A stretch of DNA of 64,000 nucleotides, from the NCBI GenBank assembly GCA_045225975.1, contig JBGVBX010000024.1:15497-79496 (forward strand), given 5' to 3'. Of this stretch, positions 1-10,352 are shown in pieces. Position 1 is the first letter of the stretch. Every line of letters begins with the position of its first letter. Under the pieces are notes generated by a model, which worked only from the letters and a program-made list of their open reading frames with translations, ran no database searches and was not told where the DNA came from. The stretch is from Malacoplasma sp. (GTDB taxonomy: Bacteria; Bacillota_I; Bacilli_A; Mycoplasmatales; Mycoplasmoidaceae). The position numbers and the translations under genes were made by a program.

Positions 1-381
1 TGCTTATTTTTTACAGTTCATAATATAAACTATTCAATTGATAAAGGTAAAACATGACACGGAGACAAAATCATATCTTTTTCAATAGGTAATGGTGAAA
101 CTGTAGGCGGAGGAATTAAGCTAATTCCTAATGCTAAAGTAGATGATGGATATATAACAGTTTCAATACTTAAAAAAATTAATCGCTTATCCACCATTTA
201 TAATTTGTGAAAAATTAAAAGAGGTAAAACTTCAACAATTAAAACATACGAATCATTTAAGTGTAAGGAACTATTAGTAAAATTGGATAGAAAGCTTTAT
301 GATATTGATGGTGAAATTTTTAGAGATACAGATCAATTATCAGTTAAAGTTGTTCATAATAAATTAAATTTTATAGTTTAA
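1..381 (+). CDS. Lipid/diacylglycerol kinase family protein (YegS/BmrU-like), C-terminal part; the 5' end lies outside the window
   Basis: Frame 1 is open from base 1 to TAA 379-381 with two in-frame TGA. The tail ...FSIGNGETVGGGIKLIPNAKVDDGYITVSIL...YDIDGEIF... resembles the C-terminal half of DAGK-type lipid kinases. Confidence 0.55.
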
Positions 382-397
382 GAAGTATATTAAGGAT

Positions 398-1054
398 ATG
401 ACACGAATTGAAAAATATGCTGAATATCGTAAAAAAATCCTTAATGAAGGTAATTTTCTTTCTCACATTGACAACGAATCAAGCATTATTAAATCATATC
501 GTGATAAAATAATGAGTTTAAATCCTAACATTTTGATTAATGAGTCTGAAGATATGAAAGGATTTTCACCAGTTGTGCCATTAACTTCAATAAATCAAAT
601 GGATCCAACTATGTTTCAAAAATTAAAAAATTTTTCTAATTTAGTTGATGTTGAAAAAGAGAAGCAAATTAAAGATGATATTTCTAATTTTATTTTTTCT
701 TATGAACATAATTCCATTATTGATAATAACAATAAATCAATTTCACATGATTGATTAATTCAGGACAAGAATTATTTAGACCTTGAAAGGATTGATAAAA
801 ATTTAAAGAAAGCCCAAGATGAATTAATAGCATTTGGGGAAGTTAGCATGCAAAAGTTAAACAAATTAATAGAAACTATTAAGAATTCTGATAATTCTGA
901 ATTAGATGTTGGAAAGTTTAAAGTTTCAGAATATGTAGTTAACACATCTTTTTCTTATAAAAAAATTTATATTACACTAATTTGAATACTTTTATTTTTA
1001 ATAGTTTCAATTGTTGTTATAGTAGTTGTCGGGGTGTTATTCTATGTCAAATAA
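398..1054 (+). CDS. Hypothetical protein with a C-terminal transmembrane anchor
   Basis: ORF 398-754 continues in frame through TGA at 752 and 983 to TAA 1052-1054. An AAGGA RBS precedes the ATG. The hydrophobic tail is ...[26 protein letters not shown] recognise no family. Confidence 0.55.
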
Positions 1055-1703
1055 AACATATCAAATCGCTATTGATGGTCCAAGTGCTGCAGGAAAATCT
1101 TCTATTGCAGCTTTTGTTGCCAAAAAATTAGGATTCGTTTATATTAATACTGGTTCAATGTATCGTTGTTATGCTTTAGCAATAGATGAGAATAATATTA
1201 ATATTAATGATGTTAATTTAGTACTACAAACGCTAAATAAAAATAAAGTTGAACTTAAAGGTGAAGAAGTATTTTTAAATGGAATTAGAGTTACTGAAAA
1301 ATTAAATAATCCAAAAATTGCAGCACTTGCAAGTAAAATTGGAACTATTAAAGAAGTTAGAGAAAAATGTGTAGCTGACCAGCAAAAAATTGCTGCTAAT
1401 ATTAATTGTGTTATGGAAGGAAGAGATATAACAAGTGTTGTTCTCCCTAATGCTATATTAAAAGTTTATTTAGATGCTGATGTAAATTTGCGAGCTGAAA
1501 GAAGATGAAAACAATACAAACAAAATGGACCTTATGAAACTGTATTAAAAAAAATAAAAGAGCGAGATTACCAAGATATTAATCGTAATTTTTCACCACT
1601 TGTTAAAGTACCAGATGCTTTTGAAATTAAAGATACAGGTTTTACAATAGAAGAAGTTTCAAATATGATAATAAAGGAATTCAAAGGAAGGATTAATGAG
1701 TAA
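1044..1703 (+). CDS. cmk: Cytidylate kinase
   Basis: [20 protein letters not shown] contains the P-loop, and the protein reads as Cmk-like throughout. ATG 1044 overlaps the upstream gene by 11 nt. The frame continues through TGA 1506. Confidence 0.9.
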
Positions 1704-3030
1704 AGTTGTAATAGTTGGTAAACCAAATGTTGGTAAATCAACATTATTTAATCGATTAATCAGGCAGCGAAAGTCTATTGTTGAAAACCAACCTGGTGTA
1801 ACAAGAGATCGTATTTATGGCAATGTTGATTGATTAGGTAAAAAATTTGATTTAATCGATACAGGCGGGTTAACAATTAAAAATTCTCCTTTTCAAAAGA
1901 ATATTGAAATTCAAGTTGGTTATGCCATTGAACAAGCTGATTTAATTCTTTTTATGGTTTCAAATAAAGAAGGAATTAATGCTGATGACCATTATATTGT
2001 AAAACTACTAAAAAAATATAAAAGCAAAAAGGTTTTATTGGTTGTTAACAAAATTGAAAATAACGACAATATTAATGAAAGAAATTATTATTCTTTTGGA
2101 TATGGTAAACCATTTTATATTTCTGCTGAACACGGTATTGGTGTTGGAGACTTATTAGATGAAATTATTAAGACTATCAAGTTATCTGAATCAAAGAATA
2201 CAAAGAAAAATAATAGTTTGACATTTTGCATCATTGGAAAACCAAATGTTGGTAAATCAACATTAACAAATACAATATTAAATGAAGAACGTGTATTAGT
2301 TTCACCAATTCCTAATACTACTCGTGATAGTATCAATACTAATTTCAAATATAACGGTAAGTTGTATACCATCATTGATACTGCAGGAATTAGAAGAAAA
2401 GGGAAAATTATTGAAAAGATTGAGAAATATTCAGTATTGCGTACCCATTCTGCAGTTGCTGAAAGTAAAATTATTCTTTTGCTTCTTGACACTAGTCAAG
2501 AATTTTCAGAACAAGATAAAATTATTGGGGGCATAGCTTATGAAGCAAACATTCCAACGATAATTGTTGTTAATAAATGAGATCTAGTTAAAAAAGATGA
2601 ACACACCCAAAATGAGTTTATTAAAAAGATTCATTCTAAATTTAAATTTTTATCATGAGCTCCAATAGTTTTTATTAGTGCAAAAGAAAAGAAAAAAGTT
2701 CAGAATATTTTTAAACTAATTGATGATATTGATAAACAATTAAATATTAAAGTTAATACCTCAATTTTAAATGAAGTTGTTCTAAAAGCTGCATCGCATA
2801 ACCCACCTTCATTATTTAAAGGTGGTAGATTAACTATTCACTATGCCACCCAAGTTCAAGGGCAAGTTCCTACTTTTGTCATATTTACTAATGATCCTAA
2901 GTATTTGCATTTCTCATATGCTAGGTTTATTGAAAATTTAATTAGAGAATCTTTTGGAATTAATTTAGTTCCTATTACAATTTATTATAAGGATAAGAAT
3001 TCAAGGATTAGGGGTTTAAAAAATGAATAA
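1696..3030 (+). CDS. der: Ribosome-associated GTPase Der/EngA (double GTPase domain)
   Basis: [21 protein letters not shown] is the first G domain and [16 protein letters not shown] is the second. The fragments join in frame 1 via TGA. The gene overlaps the cmk stop by 8 nt. Confidence 0.92.
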
Positions 3031-4021
3031 AAATAAAAATCGAGTTGCTATTCTTGGCACAGGTGCATGAGGTACAGCATTAGCTACTGTATTATTAAAT
3101 ACTGGCAATTCAGTTGCTATGTGAGGTATTAATGATAAAGAAATATCTGATTTAAAAAAACAAAAAAATACAAAGTTTTTTGGTGATAAAAAATTTCATG
3201 GAAGATTATCATTGGTAACTAAAAACATTAAAGAAATCTCTAATTTTAAACCAAAGTTTGTAATTATTGCTGTTCCTTCTATTTATATTGAGAAAGTTTT
3301 ATTACAAGTAGTTCCTGTAATTAAATCAAATCCTATATATATCAATGTTGCAAAGGGTTTTGATCCAAAAACTCTAAATACTTGAAGTGAAACAATTAAA
3401 AAAATCATTAAGAGTAAATCAAAAGGATTTGTAGCTTTAATTGGTCCATCATTTGCTGTTGAAGTTTATGATAGAAATAAAACAATTGTTAATGTTGTTT
3501 CAGAAAAAATTGAAGTTGCAAAACAAGTAAAGAAAATATTTGATACAGATTATTTTAAATGCATTCCAATATCTGATTTAAATGGGGCAGAAGCAATTAG
3601 TGCTTTGAAAAATGTTATGGCAATAGCTAGTGGTATTTTGTATTCACAACACACATCCATTAATACTCGATCAGCTATTTTAGCACAAATAGCTACAGAA
3701 ATATCTAATATTTTAAAGATTATTGGCGGAAAGCAAGAAACTTTATCTCAATTTTGTGGTATTGGTGATATTTATTTAACATGTACATCTGAAAAATCAA
3801 GAAATTTTTCATTTGGTTTAGGTATTGGTAGACTTGGAAGTAAGAATATCGATGAGTTGGTTAAAATTAGAACTGTTGAAGGTTATTGAGCTACAAAAAT
3901 TGCTTATCAAATTATTAATAAACATAAAATTAATGCACCAATAATTAGTTATCTATATAAGATTCTTTATAAACAAGCAGATCCTAAAAAATTTATTAAT
4001 AATATCATAAAAGCAATTTAA
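3023..4021 (+). CDS. gpsA: NAD(P)H-dependent glycerol-3-phosphate dehydrogenase
   Basis: [21 protein letters not shown] is a Rossmann N-terminus with the W encoded by TGA. Fragment 3605-3889 is in the same frame. The gene overlaps the der stop by 8 nt. Confidence 0.9.
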
Positions 4022-4524
4022 GAATTGATTTTATTTAACACTTCAATTAAATTTAAAATACCAGGGAAAATTATTTCTAACTCATATCCATACTTTTTTA
4101 ATTGATCAATATTGATAACATGTGTTTTATTTAATTCAATGTATTCAATAATTTTAGAAAAGCTAACCAAATAGAATTTTTCATATTTAACCATGTAAAT
4201 TATTAGAAAGCAAAATGATTTTGAATATTTTAATACTTTTTCTAAATATTCGAATTGATGGCTTTTAATATTCTTAAAATTAAATGTTTCTAATTCAGTT
4301 TGTTTTGCCTCAAATTCATAATGAGTGTTTTTATATATACCTGTATAATCAACTGTGGATTTAGAAAATAATAGACCAATAAAAGTTTTTTCATTGATCA
4401 TTTTAAGAATTTTAAAAGGTATATTACGCTTTTCAAAATAAGCAATATTTTTAGACGAATAATAAAAAATTGTACGGTTTATTATTTCCTCTAAAAACAT
4501 GCCTTTATTAGATTTTATATTCAT
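4018..4524 (-). CDS. recU: Holliday junction resolvase RecU
   Basis: The 168-aa protein has the RecU-like blocks NKGMFLEEIINRT...VDYTGIYKNTHYEFEAKQT...HQFEYL. Confidence 0.85.
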   Translation of the reverse strand: MNIKSNKGMFLEEIINRTIFYYSSKNIAYFEKRNIPFKILKMINEKTFIGLLFSKSTVDYTGIYKNTHYEFEAKQTELETFNFKNIKSHQFEYLEKVLKYSKSFCFLIIYMVKYEKFYLVSFSKIIEYIELNKTHVINIDQLKKYGYELEIIFPGILNLIEVLNKINS

Positions 4525-4539
4525 ATAATACTTTTGTAA

Positions 4540-5262
4540 ATGCGTCTTGATAAATACATAGTTGATAGAAAAATTGTTGATAGTAGAAATAAAGCGCAGA
4601 ACTTAATTTCTAATGGTTTTGTTAGTGTTAATAACAAAATAAAAACTAATTCTTCATATGATGTAAAAAATTCTGATATTGTTGTTGTAAACGAGCATGA
4701 TGAATATGTTTCTCGAGGTGCATATAAATTAATAGCTGCTATAGAAAAATTTAAGATTAATTTAAAAGATAAAGTTGTTATTGATATTGGTTCAAGCACA
4801 GGTGGTTTTAGTCAGGTTTGTTTAATTAACGGGGCTAAAAAAGTATATGCAATTGATGTCGGTAAAAATCAAATGCATGAAAAATTAAAACATAATTCAC
4901 GAATTGAATTGCATGAAGGATTAAATTTTAAAGATGTCAAATTAAATTTATTCCATGATCAAATAGATGTTGTGGTTGTTGATGTTTCATTCATTTCAGT
5001 AACAAAAATTTTAGAGAAAATTAATGAATTGTTTACATACCCATTAAAAATAGTAATTTTAATTAAACCTCATTTTGAATTAGGTAAAGAAATTATTAAA
5101 GCAAATCACGGGGTAATAAAAATTAAAAAATTTTGAGACAAAGCTATTAATATTGTTACTACATTTGCAAAGAAACTAAATTTAAAAATCAATTCAATTA
5201 TTGATTCACCAATTAAAGGCACTGATGGAAACAAAGAATTTTTAATGTACTTGGATAAATAA
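4540..5262 (+). CDS. tlyA: TlyA-family rRNA 2'-O-methyltransferase (haemolysin A-like; S4 plus FtsJ domains)
   Basis: MRLDKYIVDRKIVDSRNKAQNLISNGFVSVN is the S4 domain and VIDIGSSTGGFSQV is the SAM-binding motif. The frame continues through TGA 5134. Confidence 0.85.
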
Positions 5263-5263
5263 T

Positions 5264-6445
5264 ATGAAATACATATTACATATTGATTTAAATGCTTTTT
5301 TTGCATCTGTTGAAGAATTACTCAACCCAAAATTAAAATCTAAACCATTTGCTGTAGCAGGTAAGACATCACGTAATTCAATAGTTAGTTCAGCCAACTA
5401 TATTGCTAGACAGTTTGGTGTAAAAGCTGCAATGCCAATCTTTAAAGCTAAGGAACTTTGTCGTAATTTAATTGTAGTTAGTCATCATTTTGATGAATAT
5501 GAGAAATATTCAAATTTATTTATTGATTTTATTTGTCAAAAATTGACCAATAATATTGAAATTATGTCTATTGATGAATGTTTTGCTGATGTTACACATC
5601 TATGCAAAACTCCTAGTGAAGCTATTAATGTTGCAAAAATTATTCAAAGAAAACTTCTTCATCAAACAGGATTAAAATGTTCTATTGGTGTTTCATACAA
5701 TAAGTTTTTAGCTAAGATGGCTAGTGATTTGCGTAAACCATATGGTATCACTTCTATTTTTAGTAAGAAAGATATTGAGCAATATATTTGACCACTACCA
5801 GTTGAAGATATGTTTTTAGTTGGCAAAGCATCCTCAAAGAAATTAAAAGATCATCAAATAAAAACAATTAGAGATATTGCCGATGAGAAAAATGTAGATA
5901 TTCTTAAGGATGTTTTTCAGAACCAATGAGAAGTTTATTTTTTACATGTTAACGGAATAGGAGATGATGAACTTGATCATTCCCATAACATTCCTAAATC
6001 ATTAAGTAATAGTGAAACATTTCTAACTGACACTAATAATTTAGATGAAATATATCTTAAAATTGAGGAATTAACCAAATTAATGGTAGATCGTATGAAT
6101 TCTTATGACTTAGTTGGTAAAAGATTGTCATTATCTATTAAATATCCAGATTTTAAAATGACTACAAAAAATTATTCTTCGCCTAAATTATTAAGTGACT
6201 ATTTTGAAATTGTTCAAATTCTAAAAAATTTATATGTTGATAATTTTCAAAATGCAACAATTAGATTAATTGGTGTTGGTATTTCACAGTTACAATTTAA
6301 CAAAAAGTTAAATACTATGATTTTTGATGATTATGTTGAAGAAGATAAGATTGTTGAAGATCAATATCAAATTATTAAAAAAGATATTAATGATAAATTA
6401 AAGTTAGATATTATTGATATTGCTTCCAAGAAATTAAATAGTTAG
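5264..6445 (+). CDS. dinB: DNA polymerase IV (Y-family translesion polymerase)
   Basis: ILHIDLNAFFASVE and IEIMSIDECFADVT are Y-family motifs. Fragments 5264-5791 and 6083-6445 share a frame. Confidence 0.9.
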
Positions 6446-7374
6446 ATATTTTTATTTAATTCTTTAAATAATATTTTACCTTCATAAGTTATTTTTCGGC
6501 CCTTATTAGTTTTTACAATATAATTTTTTCTTAGCAAATATGGCTCGATTTTCAAACTGATTGTTAGTTCATCAATACCTATAATTTGACTAATTGTTTT
6601 AATTCCTAATATTTCATCATCATTTTGAATTAAAGATTTCAAGTATAAATAATCATTTTTATCAAATTCATTATAAACATACCCGATTTTATTTAAAATG
6701 CTTCTAATTTTTGTTTTTGGGTTAGATAATTTAAAATCATAAATTCTTCTAATTAGTTTGTAAGTGATTCTCGGAATACCTTTTGATGCTAGACATATTA
6801 AATCAATATCTTCATCATTTAATATCAACCCATATTTATTTGCATAAAATAAGATAATATTTTTGATTTCAATTTCATCATATTCATTTAAATTGATAAT
6901 AATACCAAACCGATCAATTAATGGTTGTGGGAGTTTTCCATAAATTGTTGTTGCGGCTATTATGGAAAAACTTGGTAATTTTATTCTTGTTAATTTGCTA
7001 TTGTAATCTTTACCAATATTTAAATCTAAGCTATTTTCTTCCATAGCTGAATAAAATAATTCCAAACATTTTATATTAACAGCATGGATCTCGTCAATGA
7101 AAAGAATTTCATTTTCTTGCATTGATAATAAGATATTAATAACATCTATAGGCTTTTGAATGCTTGCCCCTTGAACAATTCTTAATTTAACTTGCAATTC
7201 ATTAGCAATTATTTTATCTAGAGTTGTTTTTCCGGTTCCAGGCAAACCATAAATTAAACTATGTTCAAAGGAATGATGATCTTTTTTACATGAATTAATA
7301 AATACTCTAATATTTTCTTTTATTTCAGTTTTACCAATAAAACTATCTAAGTTATTAATTAGATTCAATGGCAT
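6442..7374 (-). CDS. ruvB: Holliday junction DNA helicase RuvB
   Basis: GLPGTGKTT is Walker A and LFIDEIH is Walker B. The protein is 310 aa. Confidence 0.92.
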   Translation of the reverse strand: MPLNLINNLDSFIGKTEIKENIRVFINSCKKDHHSFEHSLIYGLPGTGKTTLDKIIANELQVKLRIVQGASIQKPIDVINILLSMQENEILFIDEIHAVNIKCLELFYSAMEENSLDLNIGKDYNSKLTRIKLPSFSIIAATTIYGKLPQPLIDRFGIIINLNEYDEIEIKNIILFYANKYGLILNDEDIDLICLASKGIPRITYKLIRRIYDFKLSNPKTKIRSILNKIGYVYNEFDKNDYLYLKSLIQNDDEILGIKTISQIIGIDELTISLKIEPYLLRKNYIVKTNKGRKITYEGKILFKELNKNI

Positions 7375-7966
7375 TAGTGTCTTTATTGATTATTATTTTT
7401 ATGGCATCAGCGATTAGACTTGATAGTTCTTCTTTATCAGATGTATTAGTTAATGACATTTTACTAATAGCATATTGAATATCATTTTCTTTATATCCAA
7501 GTGCATTTAATGCGCTAAATAGTTCACTTATCATATTATTCATTGATGAATTATCAATCTTATTCTTATAAAATTCATACAAAGCATCAATAATGATTTT
7601 GGCACTTTTAGTATTAATACCTTTACATTTAGCTAACTCATCATAATTTTTTGTAACAATCAGTTGTTTAAGTAAATTATTATCATTACTGCAAATAAGT
7701 AATGAAGTTTTTGCTCCTATTCCTTGGCAACGCATTAGTGATAAAAATAATTCTTTATCAAGGTATGTTTTAAAACCATAAATATCATCTACAAAACTAT
7801 TTTTACTTGTAAGTTTATATTGGCGATAAACATACAAATATAACATTGTATTTAATTTAAAACTGTCAGGATTATTGACATAAATAACATAGCCAACATT
7901 ATTACAATCAAATGTTATTGATTTTTTATTGATGGAAATAACTTTTCCATATAAATATGAATACAT
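7355..7966 (-). CDS. ruvA: Holliday junction DNA helicase RuvA
   Basis: MYSYLYGKVISINKKSITFDCNNVGYVIYV is a typical RuvA N-terminus, and the protein has GIGAKTS helix-hairpin-helix motifs. It overlaps the ruvB start by 20 nt. Confidence 0.85.
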   Translation of the reverse strand: MYSYLYGKVISINKKSITFDCNNVGYVIYVNNPDSFKLNTMLYLYVYRQYKLTSKNSFVDDIYGFKTYLDKELFLSLMRCQGIGAKTSLLICSNDNNLLKQLIVTKNYDELAKCKGINTKSAKIIIDALYEFYKNKIDNSSMNNMISELFSALNALGYKENDIQYAISKMSLTNTSDKEELSSLIADAIKIIINKDTNAIESN

Positions 7967-8006
7967 TTTAATTCCTCCTAATATATAAAATGAGGAAAAT
8001 TAAAAA

Positions 8007-9806
8007 TTATTCATCATTATTAAGAATTTTAATGAATGTATCATGTTCAATCGATACATTACCAATATTTTTAAGTTTTTTCTTTCCTTCCTTTTGCTGC
8101 TCAAGTAGTTTTTTCTTACGACTGACATCACCACCATAGCATTTAGCTAATACATTTTTATAGATAGCAGGAATTGTTTCTCGAGCAATAATTTTACCAC
8201 CAATGGCAGCTTGAATTGGAATTTCAAATTGCTGGCGAGGGATAAACTTTTTAAGTTTTTCACAAATTGTTCTTGCTTTTATATGAGCAGATTGTTTATT
8301 TACAATCATACTCAATGGATCAACTTTCTTACCATTTAATAAAATATCAACTTTAACTAAATTACTCTTTCTATAGTCAAGTAAATCATAATTCATTGAT
8401 GCATAACCACGACTAACAACTTTTAAACTATTAAAAAAGTTGTAGATTATTTCATTTAGAGGAATAATATACATAAGTTTATGTTGGTTTCCTTCAACAA
8501 CATCTAATGATTGGTAAATTCCGTGATGAGCTTGTGCAAGTTTCATTAATCCACCTAAATATTCTTTAGGAGTAATGATTTCAAGTTTAACAAATGGTTC
8601 CTTGATTTCTCTAATGAAAGTTGGATCGGGTAATTCACTTGGATTATTAACATTAATAGTTTCACCATTAGTTTTTAAAACTTTATATTCTACACTTGGA
8701 GCAGTTAAAATCAAATCAATATTGTATTCTCTTAAGATTCTTTCGCGAATTACATCCATATGTAATAGTCCTAAAAAGCCACAACGAACACCAAATCCTA
8801 ATGCTGCTGAAGTCTCATATTTATAGGTTAGTGATGAATCAGAAAGAGTAATTTTCATCATTGCATCTTTTAATTCAGCATATTTACTATTATCAACAGG
8901 ATACATTCCACAATATACCATTGGCAATACCTTTTTATAACCTGGTAATGGTTGCAAACAAGGATTATCAAAATCTGTAATTGTATCACCAACTTCAACA
9001 TCTTTAGCTGTTTTGATGTTAGCTGAAATTCAGCCAACATCGCCACAATTTAAAACATCAACATTTTTAAATTTAGGGGTTTTTATACCGATTTCACTAA
9101 TGACGAAATCTTTGTTATTAGCCATCATTTTAATGTGTTGACCAATATGAATAGAACCGTTTTTAATTCTTACAAAACAAATAACTCCACGATATGAATC
9201 ATAATAGGAATCAAAAATTAATGCTTGTAATTTACCATTACTATCACCCTCTGGTGGAGGAATAAAATCAATAATGCTATTTAATAATTCTTCAACACCT
9301 TTACCAGTTTTAGCAGAAATTAAATTTACATGTTGATCATTTCCAATAATTTCATCGACTTGTTTTAATGTATCCTCTATGTTTGCACTTGGTAAATCAA
9401 TTTTATTAATAATAGTAAGAATATTAAGGTTATTTGCTAAAGCTAAATAAGTATTAGCTATTGTTTGAGCTTGTACACCTTGAGTAGCATCAACAACAAG
9501 TAATGCACCTTCACAAGCTGCCAAGCTCCTTGATACTTCATAGTTAAAATCTACATGTCCAGGAGTATCAATCAAATTAAATATGTATTTTTGATTAGTT
9601 CTTTTATCAGTGTAGTTTAAAGATACACTATTTAATTTAATAGTAATTCCTCTTTCACGTTCAATGTCCATAGAATCAAGGACTTGATCTTTCATTTCCC
9701 TTTTTTCAAGACCATGAGTGAATTCAATAATTCGATCACTTAATGTAGATTTTCCATGATCAATATGGGCAATAATACTAAAATTTCTTATATGTTTCTT
9801 ATCCAT
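8007..9806 (-). CDS. lepA: Elongation factor 4 (LepA)
   Basis: [17 protein letters not shown] and DTPGHVDF are GTPase motifs. The two fragments join in frame through TGA to give 599 aa. Confidence 0.95.
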
Positions 9807-9860
9807 ATAATATTGATGTTTATATTATATGAATCATAAAAATAAGTTATTTTAAATTTA

Positions 9861-9897
9861 AATAAAAAACAGTCACATGTGTTTTGATCATATGACT
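9861..9897 (-). terminator. Rho-independent terminator downstream of the TM2/SHOCT gene
   Basis: On the minus strand, AGUCAUAUG-(9 nt loop)-CAUGUGACU forms a 9-bp stem with one G-U pair, followed by G UUUUUU AUUU. On the plus strand the same stem would carry a C-A mismatch. Confidence 0.55.
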
Positions 9898-9922
9898 ATT
9901 TATTTTTTTAATTTAATAAAAT

Positions 9923-10282
9923 TTAAATTGATTCTTTAAGAAGTTTTTGTTTTCTTGCTTCGTATTCTTCTTTTGAAATTATTTTTTTCTCATATAGTTC
10001 ATGTAACTTCAAAAGTCTATCTTCACCACTAACTGTTGAAGGAACTTTAGATCCATTTTTCCACACATATTTACCACTTTTATCTTTAAATGTGTAATTT
10101 AAAATTTTCACTAAATCAACTATTCATCATATTCCAAGGCCACCACCTGTTATTGAGAAAAGAATACCAGTTCCAATCTTACCAACATAAAATCTATGAA
10201 CAGGACAAAATCATAGAAGGAGCATACATACTAATCATGATTTTTCACTTATTTCATTTTGGTTATAATTTTTCTTAGCCAT
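9923..10282 (-). CDS. Small membrane protein with an N-terminal TM2 domain and a C-terminal SHOCT domain
   Basis: The frame extends upstream through four TGA codons to ATG 10282. WLVCMLLLWFCPVHRFYVGKIGTGILFSITGGGLGIWWIVD is TM2-like, and LLKLHELYEKKIISKEEYEARKQKLL is SHOCT-like. Confidence 0.75.
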
Positions 10283-10352
10283 TTTATTTCTCCTTTGTGT
10301 TTTAATTTATATTAAAATATTATATAAAAATAGTAATAAAAAATACTAAATC

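Noticed and set aside
1026-1043. The upstream TTG start suggested by the track for cmk (1026), and the GTG start for rpsB (38507).
   Set aside because: In-frame ATG codons lie slightly downstream (1044 and 38492) and give orthologue-like N-termini. In the rpsB case there is also properly spaced AAAGGA as an RBS.
2115-2492. Antisense or out-of-frame ORFs in the track. They are 2115-2492(-), 2324-2536(+), 4521-4799(-), 5106-5306(-), 8575-8826(+), 10090-10278(+), 14217-14663(-), 15009-15218(-) and 15948-16157(-). The list continues with 16361-16597(+), 18325-18516(+), 20277-20459(-), 21324-21638(-), 24197-24442(-), 26605-26796(+), 29591-29800(+), 30068-30253(+) and 30359-30568(+). It also includes 36604-36813(+), 38613-38810(-), 42909-43103(-), 46507-46761(-), 49027-49272(-), 52363-52596(+), 54324-54569(-), 55070-55264(+), 57919-58125(+), 59254-59463(-), 59300-59506(+), 62319-62507(-) and 62624-62863(-).
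   Set aside because: Each lies entirely inside a well-supported gene on the other strand or in another frame. Their composition is low-complexity or hydrophobic, typical of shadow ORFs in AT-rich DNA. None has an RBS or a recognisable motif.
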